A stretch of DNA of 64,000 bases from Haliotis rufescens (taxonomy: Eukaryota). The notes beneath the pieces are model-generated. The model worked only from the letters and a program-made list of their open reading frames with translations. It did no database searches and was not told where the DNA came from. Positions 10,867 through 21,410 of the stretch are shown in pieces. Positions within the stretch are counted from its first letter, which is position 1; each line of letters begins with the position of its first letter. Location: NCBI RefSeq assembly GCF_023055435.1, contig NW_025964334.1, positions 10,602,001 to 10,666,000 of the forward strand, given 5' to 3'. The translations under genes and the position numbers were made by a program.

Positions 10867-13260
10867 TAATAATACGTTAACATCTTTCGCAATTGCCTCC
10901 ATACACGCGGCGCGTACACAAAGCGCTGACATTATTACCCCGCTCAATGGATCAGTCTGTACTCCCTGGGAAGTATACAACTCACGCTGCTTTGTCGCTT
11001 TACTTTCACAATTTAAAATCATGAATATTACCATGACAGTTGTGAATATACACAAAGACATATTATTGTTGTTTATGAGTTGTTATGACACATGTGTACC
11101 CTGAGGATAAACGTGCTCATTTCCGGCTGTGGTGTAACCTCTAACACTGGCCATGTCAAGGTCACACGGTGTTTCATGGCGTTTCAGACAGTTGACTTGA
11201 TGTTGTGACCAGGAGCCCAATGTCTTGAAAACTGGCCTCCAGCTACCTGCAGAAGTGACACGATGGCGGCAACTGATGTAAGGGAGGGAACTCTAATCCG
11301 GCTGTCACCTCTGGATACCGCTTGACACACACGGAAATCACGCTTGTGCTAGCGACATACCAGCATTGATAACTACTACTGCTACTGCTACTACCACTAC
11401 TTCTTCTTCTTCTTCTTCTTGTTCTACTACTACCACCGCTACCATTACTACTTCTACTGCTACTACCACAACCAGTAGTAGTACTACTACTACAACTACT
11501 TCTACTACTGCTACTACTATTACTACATCTACTGCTACTTCTACTACTGCTACTACTTCTACTGGTAANNNNNNNNNNNNNNNNNNNNNNNNNNNNNNNN
11601 NNNNNNNNNNNNNNNNNNNNNNNNNNNNNNNNNNNNNNNNNNNNNNNNNNNNNNNNNNNNNNNNNNNNNNNNNNNNNNNNNNNNNNNNNNNNNNNNNNNN
11701 NNNNNNNNNNNNTGATATTAATACTACTTCTACTACTACTACTACTACGACCACTACTACTAAGGCCACTACTACTACTACTATTAATGATAATAATACG
11801 TTAACATCTTTCGCAATTGCCTCCATACACGCGGCGCGTACACAAAAGCGCTGACATTATTACCCCGCTCAATGGATCAGTCTGTACTCCCTGAGAAGTA
11901 TACAACTCACGCTGCTTTGTCGCTTTACTTTCACAATTTAAAATCATGAATATTACCATGACAGTTGTGAATATACACAAAGACATATCATTGTTGTTTA
12001 TGAGTTGTTATGACACATGTGTACCCTGAGGATAAACGTGCTCATTTCCGGCTGTGGTGTAACCTCTAACACTGGCCATGTCAAGGTCACACGGTGTTTC
12101 ATGGCGTTTCAGACAGTTGACTTGATGTTGTGACCAGGAGCCCAATGTCTTGAAAACTGGCCTCCAGCTACCTGCAGAAGTGACACGATGGCGGCAACTG
12201 ATGTAAGGGAGGGAACTCTAATCCGGCTGTCACCTCTGGATACCGCTTGACACACACGGAAATCACGCTTGTGCTAGCGACATACCAGCATTGATAACTA
12301 CTACTGCTACTGCTACTACCACTACTTCTTCTTCTTCTTCTTCTTGTTCTACTACTACCACCGCTACCATTACTACTTCTACTGCTACTACCACAACTAG
12401 TAGTAGTACTACTACTACAACTACTTCTACTACTGCTACTACTATTACTACATCTACTGCTACTTCTACTACTGCTACTACTTCTACTGGTAATANNNNN
12501 NNNNNNNNNNNNNNNNNNNNNNNNNNNNNNNNNNNNNNNNNNNNNNNNNNNNNNNNNNNNNNNNNNNNNNNNNNNNNNNNNNNNNNNNNNNNNNNNNNNN
12601 NNNNNNNNNNNNNNNNNNNNNNNNNNNNNNNNNNNNNNNNNNNTGATATTAATACTACTTCTACTTCTACTACTACTACTACTACGACCACTACTACTAA
12701 GGCCACTACTACTACTACTATTAATGATAATAATACGTTAACATCTTTCGCAATTGCCTCCATACACGCGGCGCGTACACAAAGCGCTGACATTATTACC
12801 CCGCTCAATGGATCAGTCTGTACTCCCTGGGAAGTATACAACTCACGCTGCTTTGTCGCTTTACTTTCACAATTTAAAATCATGAATATTACCATGACAG
12901 TTGTGAATATACACAAAGACATATTATTGTTGTTTATGAGTTGTTATGACACATGTGTACCCTGAGGATAAACGTGCTCATTTCCGGCTGTGGTGTAACC
13001 TCTAACACTGGCCATGTCAAGGTCACACGGTGTTTCATGGCGTTTCAGACAGTTGACTTGATGTTGTGACCAGGAGCCCAATGTCTTGAAAACTGGCCTC
13101 CAGCTACCTGCAGAAGTGACACGATGGCGGCAACTGATGTAAGGGAGGTAACTCTAATCCGGCTGTCAACACACAACAACTTTCAGTGATTGGGGTCACC
13201 TCTCGATACCGCTTGACACACACGGGAATCACGCTTGTGCTAGCGACATACCAGCATTGA
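10867..13260. repeat. ~930 bp tandem unit (about 2.6-3 copies): ~500 bp unique part plus (ACT)n tract interrupted by N gaps
   Basis: TAATAATACGTTAACATC recurs at 10867, 11791 and 12728. The unique parts are near identical. Confidence 0.85.
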
Positions 13261-13695
13261 TAACTGCTACTGCTACTGCTACTACCACTACTTCATTTTC
13301 TTCTTCTACTACTACTACCACCGCTACCATTACTACTTCTATTTCTACTACCACAACTACTAGTAATAGTACTACTACTACTACTACATCTACTACTACA
13401 TCTACTACACCTACTGCTACTTCTACTACTGCTACTTATACTACTATCACCGAAACCACTACAACTACCACTATTACTGCTACTGCTACTGCTACTACTA
13501 CTACTACTACTACTACTACAACAACAACAACAACTACTACTACTACTACTTCAACTTCTACTACTACTACTACTACATCTACTACTACATCTACTACATC
13601 TACTGCTACTTCTACTACTGCTACTTATACTACTATCACCGAAACCACTACAACTACCACTATTACTGCTACTGCTACTACTACTACTACTACTC

Positions 13696-13733
<38 letters not shown>

Positions 13734-13965
13734 GCTGCTGCTGCTAGTGCTGCCATAACCACAACTTCTACCACTACTACTACTACTTCTAGTAGAACTA
13801 CTACCACTACTACTGCTACTATCACAGCCGCTGCTGCTACTGCTACTGCTACTAACACTACCTCTACTCCTACTGCTACTTCAGCTACTACTACTACTAC
13901 TAACACTACTACCACCGTTACCACCACTACCACTACAACTTCTACTTCTACCACTACAACTACGA
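13261..13965. repeat. Degenerate (ACT)n trinucleotide tract
   Basis: Read directly. It produces the poly-Thr/poly-Val ORFs in the track. Confidence 0.9.
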
Positions 13966-14012
13966 TGCCTGCACCTTTTACTTTAAGACCGCCTGCCTGG
14001 GCCTGTGGATAG

Positions 14013-14141
14013 TGTGAGTGAGTGATTAGGGTTTAACGCCGCTTTTAACAGTATTCCAGTTGTATCACGGCGTGTCAGCTTAATGTGGGAGGAAAGTCCG
14101 AAGCGATGCAGGTCTCAGACGTTTACCACATCGGTGAAACC
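14013..14141 (-). mobile_element. 3' part of SINE family 2
   Basis: Near identical to 813-927 (TCACGGCGTGTCAGCTTAATGTGGGAGGAAAG...GGTGAAACC). It ends where the Tc1 element begins. Confidence 0.8.
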
Positions 14142-14146
14142 AGCAT

Positions 14147-15312
14147 TACTGAACCGCAAAAGAAACGTCACCCATTGCATGAAAAGTTGTCATTGAAATA
14201 TCTGGGTAATTTTTGTCAAAGTTTCTACAATTTAAAATTACCTTGTCCGGAAAAATGAAATTTGATGATAAAAAACAAAGCAGATGACAATAAAACCGAT
14301 CGCATCACGGCAACGGCCATGGTAACCCGATGCACGTGAGTTCCGTGCATATTGAAATGCACATCCGTTCCCCCATTTCATGCTCTATTCATTCGTTATT
14401 GAATTGCTACCCCATGCCAAGATTGACAAGAAATCAGCGACACCAAGCCCTTCGACGATTGCAAGCTGGACAAACCGCCCGGCAAGTAGCCAATGTATTT
14501 CAAGTCTACGTAAGGACCATATACAGGCTCCAGCAACGGTACCAGATCACCAACACTACAGATGACCGACCACGCCATGGAAGACCTAGGGTTACCACCC
14601 GACGTCAGGATCGTCAGATTGTGCGACAGCATCTTCAAGATCACTTTGTTACTGCTGCGGAAACTGATCGACAGACCATGGGGACACACCAGCGACACAT
14701 TAGTGCGGACATCGGGCCTCGACGATTGACGAGCAAACACCTCCACTGTCACAGTCCACACCAAGGACCCATTCTGACACCACGTCATCGCCGGGACCGT
14801 CTTCAGTGGGAAACACAGCACCAGCATTGGTGCCACCAGCATTGGAGAAGAGTCCTCTTCTCAGACGAGAGCCGTTACAGTATCTCCACAGCAGATTGCA
14901 GAGAGAGAGAGAGAGAGAGAGTCTGGCGACGCCGTGGGGAACGTGATTCGGATGCTTGTGTTGTTGAGAGAGACTCGTGTGATGGTCCGAGCATCATGGT
15001 GTGGGGTGGAATTGGTCTTGCACAGAGGGTCGGCTCTATGGTCTTCCAGAACATCGGTCCAGGGAGAGGCAATGGTGTCACAGCAGCTCGGTACAATGAT
15101 CAAGTCTGGAGACCACACGCCACACCTCATTTGGCACGTCGCCGGAACCACGAGTTTCAGCATGATAACGCCCGTGCCCACAATGCGAGAGCAACAAGAG
15201 ACTTCCTCCAGCAGAATGGCATCAGAACCATGCAGTGGTCTGCCCTTAATCCCGATTTAAATCCCATTGAGCACCCCTGGGACGAGATTCAAAGACGGCT
15301 GAATGACGTCCG
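14147..15312 (+). mobile_element. Tc1/mariner DD34E transposon, 3'-truncated; transposase reading frame from ATG 14414
   Basis: MPRL...HTH...GRPRVTTRRQDR; FSDES (D1); FQHDNA (D2); exactly 34 residues to PDLNPIE (E). A left TIR-like end TACTGAACCGCAAAAGAAACGTCACC is present. Homology is lost after RRLNDVRR and no right TIR was seen. Confidence 0.9.
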
Positions 15313-15581
15313 ACGTCAAGCCGAGAGTTTTCCAGCACTGAAACACTGTGTTATACAGAAGGTCTCCCATACAAGTGTTAGCTATAATTATGTCTCTGTG
15401 CATCCAGCAGTGACTGGGTACCTGATGGGATGAGGTTGTCGTGTGACTAACTTTGAACCTTCTAGCCCCTTTAAGGATAGCTTGGGTTTTATACTCAGTG
15501 AAAGTCGATTGAGCACTGACCGACTGACCGGGGTAATAATAATCAAGCGTCATGTGGATACATTATGAGTTATTAATAAAT

Positions 15582-15694
15582 CATGGGTACAAGGTGTGAA
15601 GCCCATTTCTGGTGTCCCCCGCCGTGATATTGCTGGAATATTGCTAAAAGCGGCATAAAACCATACTCACTCACTCACTCACTCACTCACTCAC
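15582..15694 (+). mobile_element. 5'-truncated SINE family 1 copy
   Basis: CATGGGTACAAGGTGTGAAGCCCATTTCTGG...GCTGGAATATTGCTAAAAGCGGC...(TCAC)n, with TATTAATA on both flanks. Confidence 0.85.
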
Positions 15695-15865
15695 TATTAA
15701 TATATAATAATATACTGGCGTATTAACATTAACAGTTCATTACACGGTTGCCTGTTCTGTTCGTATTTTAGTAACTAACATTTTACGTAAGCTTCGTTTA
15801 CATATTCTTTTATATCAGTCTGTCAAGATATGTTAGTATAAGATCACAATCTCTGGAAACTAGCC

Positions 15866-16243
15866 TTGGAGAAGTATGACCATTTAACTAATATTGCAAG
15901 ACTTGTATTCTATGGATCAGTTGAAATTGTCTCCAGAGAATACTATTGTAAAACTGTCGCCAATGATATTGTAAAGCACGTGTTTATGTCTTGCACGATC
16001 AATATGAATGACCGAAATGTACTTTTTAACACCATAAGTGATATCCTGGATGTAAATGTTTTTGTTAAGATCTGGGAGAAAGATGATGATGTTATTCTTG
16101 CGTTTTTACTTGGTGGATGTCCAATAGAATGTATTATGGAACTAGAAAGAGATGTGTGGGCAGAAGTAATAATTAATGAAAGCCGCTTTATAAGGAAATG
16201 GCTATACCTGCTAAAAAACTTGTATGTTTATGAATATGTGTAA
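15866..16243 (+). mobile_element. Possible degenerate LINE ORF2 C-terminal fragment
   Basis: C......DIVKHVFMSC.....R...ILAFLLG pattern resembles the LINE C-terminal zinc-knuckle region. Weak. Confidence 0.4.
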
Positions 16244-16488
16244 ATATATCCCCAATTCATGTTAAACATGCAACATAATTATATCTGCATATTGTTACCT
16301 TCATGCAATNNNNNNNNNNNNNNNNNNNNNNNNNNNNNNNNNNNNNNNNNNNNNNNNNNNNNNNNNNNNNNNNNNNNNNNNNNNNNNNNNNNNNNNNNNN
16401 NNNNNNNNNNNNNNNNNNNNNNNNNNNNNNNNNNNNNNNNNNNNNNNNNNNNNNNNNNNNNNNNNNNNNNNNNNNNNNNNNNNNNNNN

Positions 16489-16716
16489 TCCGGGAAAGAA
16501 TCTGTCTTCAGCAGCCCATGCTTGTCGTAAGAGGCGACCAACGGGATCGGGTTGTCAAGCGCGCTGACTTGGTTGATGCATGTCATCGTATCCCCAGTTG
16601 CGTGAATCGATTGTCAAGATATCAATCACTTAATTGTCTGGTCATTGATTATTTAGAAATCGACATCATCCAGCTAGAATATTGTTGAGTGTGTCGCTAA
16701 ACAACAAACAAACAAC
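16489..16716 (+). mobile_element. SINE family 3 copy (5' end in N gap)
   Basis: CCCATGCTTGTCGTAAGAGGCGACCAACGGGATCGGG...AGCTAGAATATTGTTGAGTGTGTCGCTAAAC followed by (AAAC)n. Confidence 0.75.
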
Positions 16717-18216
16717 ATATTCTTTTAATGGTATTCAACTAACGTCATATGAGTGAAATATGAGTCACTGAGGACAGTATTTGGTATGAAGGATATATAA
16801 TTATAGCATCCGTATTTCAATAAGATCAGTTGAACATGTATAGTTGTTTAATCAACACCGGGGTGGGTAAAGGGAAGATGGTTACAATAGATATTAATCA
16901 CGTACGTTCAATTCGGTATTCCCGCTTGTCTGACAAACGCTGTCATGTTGAAGTAACGTTCAGTCGACTGACCTTAGTTAATCATGGAAGCACAACCACG
17001 GGAGATGACACTTTCATGGAAGCTGTATAATTTAATATGAAAAAATCAAATAGATAGGAGAAATTGGACAATTGGTTTTGTTTTGGAGCAGTCATTTACA
17101 TGTACGACGACTCAAATGATTTCCTGTTTTGTGGAGGAAGAAGTGTATTCCTCATGGTGTATAAAGAAATGTATGTGTCGACGGAATTATAAGAACAAGT
17201 ATGAATTAGTCTTTAACGAATATGTCATTCCGGCCCATGAGAGTCCACGTTTTAATCATTGCCTTTTATGTCTTCGGGGAGCAATTGCTCGTGTCCTTCT
17301 GATTCGTAAAATATGTCTCTGTCGAAAGAATAATAGAAAAAGAAAATTAATTAATTAATTAACTTGATCGAAAATGTCAGTCGCGTCATAAGGAGGCCCC
17401 ACTCCTTAAAGTACACATATTGTGTCTCAAAAAAAATATACTTCAATGGTCTTGACGCGGACAGAGAAACTAACCCCCACAGAGTAATGAGAGAATACGA
17501 AATATGTCTCTTGCATGTTGGGTTTATTCAGTTATATCAATTTACAATATTTCAAATATCAATGTTCATACATTAACATGGTTCATCAAAAAGCGGAAGT
17601 AGATTTTATTACGAGGACAGGGGATTCCCAAAACCTTAAATATAGGTTTTACGCTCTTTGCAAAATCGCAAATGGCATCCCACACTCACAAACGTTTTGT
17701 AATCTAAAAATAACTATTAGTCGTTGCTATAAACTGTCTGTAACTTCACAAAGCAATCTGAATGCTAGTGCTTCTTTCTTCATTTTTCTCTTAAGGAGGT
17801 CAGGTGTACTTATGAAGCAACTGCACTGCCTTTCTTGTTGAGGACATCGTCCTGGTCAACAAGAAGAGAAGCTTCGTTTGTCGTCACCGTTGTGGACGTA
17901 GGAAAACATGGAGTCTTGATATGTTCCTTCAGGAGTACCCCGGTTTCCTATGTCGATTGTTCTTCTTCTGGAAACACCTAAAAACTGGTCGAAATAGGGA
18001 TACTTAAACTCAAGAACACATTGAGATTCAATTTCCATAACATCCACTGAATAAAACAGTAATGTTGATACCAAATATTGCCAAAACTAAACATGATATT
18101 GATCTTAAAACAACTCGTGGCGAATTCCTCTTTCAGAAAAGCAGATCGATGCAATGTTGATCCATAACTACATTGACACTTTTCCTGTAAGTATGCTAAT
18201 TTTATAAAGGACATAA

Positions 18217-18491
18217 GGGACGCAAGAGTGCATTAAGAAATTCGGTCCTCTCGGCCACACCTGTCAACGATGAAAATGAACGGAAATATATTTGATAATG
18301 TTGAAATATTGTATTCTCTGGAAAAGTCGCAATTCAGATTAAATAACAGTTCCTGTAATATGATAATACACGTTCTTGCAGGTATTGTATCTGATTCATT
18401 GTTACAACATAAACGGTCACCTTGTAAGCAAGGTGAAAATGTTAAACTTAAACAGGTTCATATTTTCTGCCAATATTGTTTAATGAACATA

Positions 18492-18494
<3 letters not shown>
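18217..18494. repeat. Diverged truncated relic of the array unit (matches 19112-19408)
   Basis: Colinear with the unit from GGACGCAAG to GAACATAGTA. It has many substitutions and one short deletion. Confidence 0.88.

Positions 18495-18572
<78 letters not shown>
18493..18572. repeat. (TA)~40 microsatellite at the array boundary
   Basis: Read directly from the sequence. Confidence 0.95.
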
Positions 18573-18575
<3 letters not shown>

Positions 18576-18964
18576 CCCATGCTGTATAGCTTGTAATGGA
18601 TTGGCATCAACATAAGACATGGGCTTGTTTGCCAATCCAGTTGGATTTCAAGAAATAACTTTGTTTCAACTACTCTTAACTAAGCATTAACATCCAGCCT
18701 AATGAAGGCTTTAACTTTCCACAGTTTCTAATTATGGTTACATGCACGCTCACAAAAAATCTTATGTGTTGTATTGTCTCATTCGAACGGGTGAAATATC
18801 AAAGTTCATTGCAATTTACATGTGAGACATACATCACACCTAATTATATACAAATGAGCTAATGACATTAACATGCGTGTTCAAGTTCTTTTGATGAAGG
18901 AAGCTCTTTGCGCGCAGGTACAATTGGCACCAACATGTTCTTTATTTATAAGTTTAATATGCAG

Positions 18965-19155
18965 TATATCATGTAAATGTGGGAGGAAAGCCGATAATGG
19001 TGCACAACTTTGGTGAAACCGATGTGCAGGGTTTATTGCTGGCAAACTGAGAATCATAATCAGAGTGGATCTAGTTTCAAACCAACAACCATAGGATTCT
19101 TGGCCATCTAAAGGACGCAAGTGTGCATTAAGAAATGCGGCGCTCTAGGCCACAC
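18965..19155 (-). mobile_element. Decayed SINE family 2 copy carried in every array unit
   Basis: AATGTGGGAGGAAAGCC...GGTGAAACC...AAAGGACGCAAGTGTGCA...GCGGCGCTCTAG matches, in order, blocks of 868-1070. Confidence 0.65.
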
Positions 19156-19808
19156 CTGTCAACGTTGAAAATGAACGGAAACATATTTTGTATTGTTGAA
19201 CTATTTTATTTTCTGGCAAAATCGCAATTCAGATAAAATCGCAGTTCCAGGAATGCTCAGTGTAATCTATTATATGATAATACACGTTCTTGCAGGTATT
19301 GTATCTGTTTCATTGTTACAACATGAACGGTCACCTTGCGAGCAAGGTGAAAATGTTAAACTTAAACAGGTTCATATTTTCTGCCAATATTGTTTAATGA
19401 ACATAGTAATGCATAACTTGTGTCGCGATGTTTACACACAAGCACACTGACACTGACAAGTAACATTAGTACAATGACACTGTTAAGCACGTGTCGGTAT
19501 GCTTTGTTCCTTCACATAAACAACAACGTACAATGTGCAAGTCAAGCATCATGTCTGACAATGCTATCGTCTTCACACAGAGAGTGTCTTGATGACTTTA
19601 TCTTCGTCTTCGTCAACCCCAACCTTGTGACGCTCTAAACGTTATGGGACTGAGCGACAGTGACTGATGTCTTCTTCTTGGCGTCGTCTTCGTCGTCTTG
19701 GACAACAGGCTTGCTGCTGTTGGTTCATCCTCTTGTTGGGGAACTGTGAGTATAGTGTGGATATTGATCCTACTGTTTGGAACCTTCTTGTAAGTTCGGT
19801 TGATCTTT

Positions 19809-21301
19809 TCATCTGGTTACACCTGGCAGCTGGAAGAGAGTAAATTTGCAAAAATTAGAACCGCAGTAGAGAGTATTTAATCATGTAATATTCGAAGTTT
19901 TTTTTGCAGTCAAAATTTATCAATCACATTAAGAATCATTTGGGTCCTTGAAATGTTTCCCAACGAAATCAATTAATTTTAGAATGCGTGTGGCCCAAGT
20001 GAGATCATGGCCAAGAGAACCTGAAGGAGAGTATGTTACATACCTGACAGACGAGCTTCTGTGCTGGTCGTTTGTTTTGGTAGGTCCAGGCTAAATCCAG
20101 AAGGGCTGGACCATGTCCCTGATTTTGACATCTCTGGACAAACTGCATACAGGCCGTTTGTAGGTCGGAGAATCCAAATTCCACAGATGCACAGAGTAAT
20201 CCTGAAAGAGCCGAGGACGTATTGTAATGTGTTTGATAAAATATCATCAAAAGGGTGAAGTTCATATTATGGATAATTGTCTGTGTTTCGCTCATGTGTC
20301 ATCAAGATTAGTGGTATGGGGATATTTTTGTGTTGAAATGAATATCCCATTTAAACAAATAAAGATAGTACTTACCAACCACATTGTTAAAATCGATGTT
20401 AGCTTTCCCTGAGTGGACGAATTTGAGGAACGCCCGAAAGTCTCCAATCTGGTAGTCAGGAATGCTGATGGTGAGTTTCTGTGCAAAGGCTGAGTCTTTG
20501 ATCTTTTTGGTCTTTGATCGTTCCAAGGAGGAGTGTTTCTGATGTTGAAGCAAAAGCTGATATAGGTACCTAGAGAAAAGAAAGAAACAAATTAAAGACG
20601 ATAGTCATACACAACTAGTAAATGGTCCAAATATTGTTCTCATGTTGAGTACATTCACAGAGTATAAGAGCCAAACAGGCTCTACTTAAACATGCACTTA
20701 TTATTGTCCTGACCTTTGTAATGGATTTGATTGTTTTCGAGAATATCTTACCTGCTTCGTGTAGCCATTATGGCTTTGACTCCATGAACAGGAGCCTTCT
20801 CCTTCCCAACGAGAAAGGTGACGTCACACATATCTGGCATGTTGAGGATGAGGGAGAGGCTGTCCTGTAAGTCCCCTGTGCTTCTAAGCATCATGACGTC
20901 TCCCCGACCGGAGGACTGTGAGGGGTGAGAGCGGCCTTGTGATGGGTTGGAACTGGATTGGCTGAACGATCTTGATTTTGAGGTCGTGCTCACGCCTTCA
21001 TCAGAGGAGTAGTCACTTGAGTCATAGCCTGACGAGGTACCTTCAGCTGGAATAAGAAAAGAAATCAGTTATGAAACAATATTCAATTTGTTGCAAATGT
21101 TATTAAAGCTGAGTGGTGTTTGATGAACAGAACGGGTAGTTGAAATATACTTTGAATAAAAACAACACCAATGAATTATTATCCAGATGTGATAAAAGTG
21201 AATAGTGCAAATGTCTCACCGTCTGCGTCATGACCACTGTGGTCAATAGTTTCCATGGCCGAAGAGGCCAGAAGACAAAGTCGGGAATCGTAATGATTCA
21301 T
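19809..21301 (-). CDS. BTB/POZ-domain protein, serine-enriched-protein-like, ~249 aa; copy 1
   Basis: Exons 21301-21220, 21046-20752, 20569-20376, 20201-20044 and 19829-19809. All introns are GT-AG with pyrimidine tracts and phases 1,2,1,0. BTB motifs: MCDVTFLVG...VHGVKAIMATRSRYLYQL...ISIPDY...FLKFVHSG...VVGLLCASVEFGFSDLQTACMQFV. The last exon is the least certain. Confidence 0.88.
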
Positions 21302-21410
21302 GTTACTTGTTTTTAGATCTAAAAAATAATGAAAGACAGAAATGATATTTGGCTAAACTCGACGAATCTAAAGAGCTAAGTATGTATCTCGATGTAATGT
21401 TTCCAAGAGT

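Noticed and set aside
11338-14012. Poly-Thr (mucin-like) and poly-Val ORFs
   Set aside because: They come from (ACT)n tracts spanning N gaps, with non-ATG starts, no signal peptide and no convincing exon structure.
16830-18214. Possible exons of another gene (Cys-rich and hydrophobic short ORFs; acceptor-like TTACAG near 18186)
   Set aside because: No recognisable domain and the frames are interrupted by stops. It cannot be supported without a homology search.
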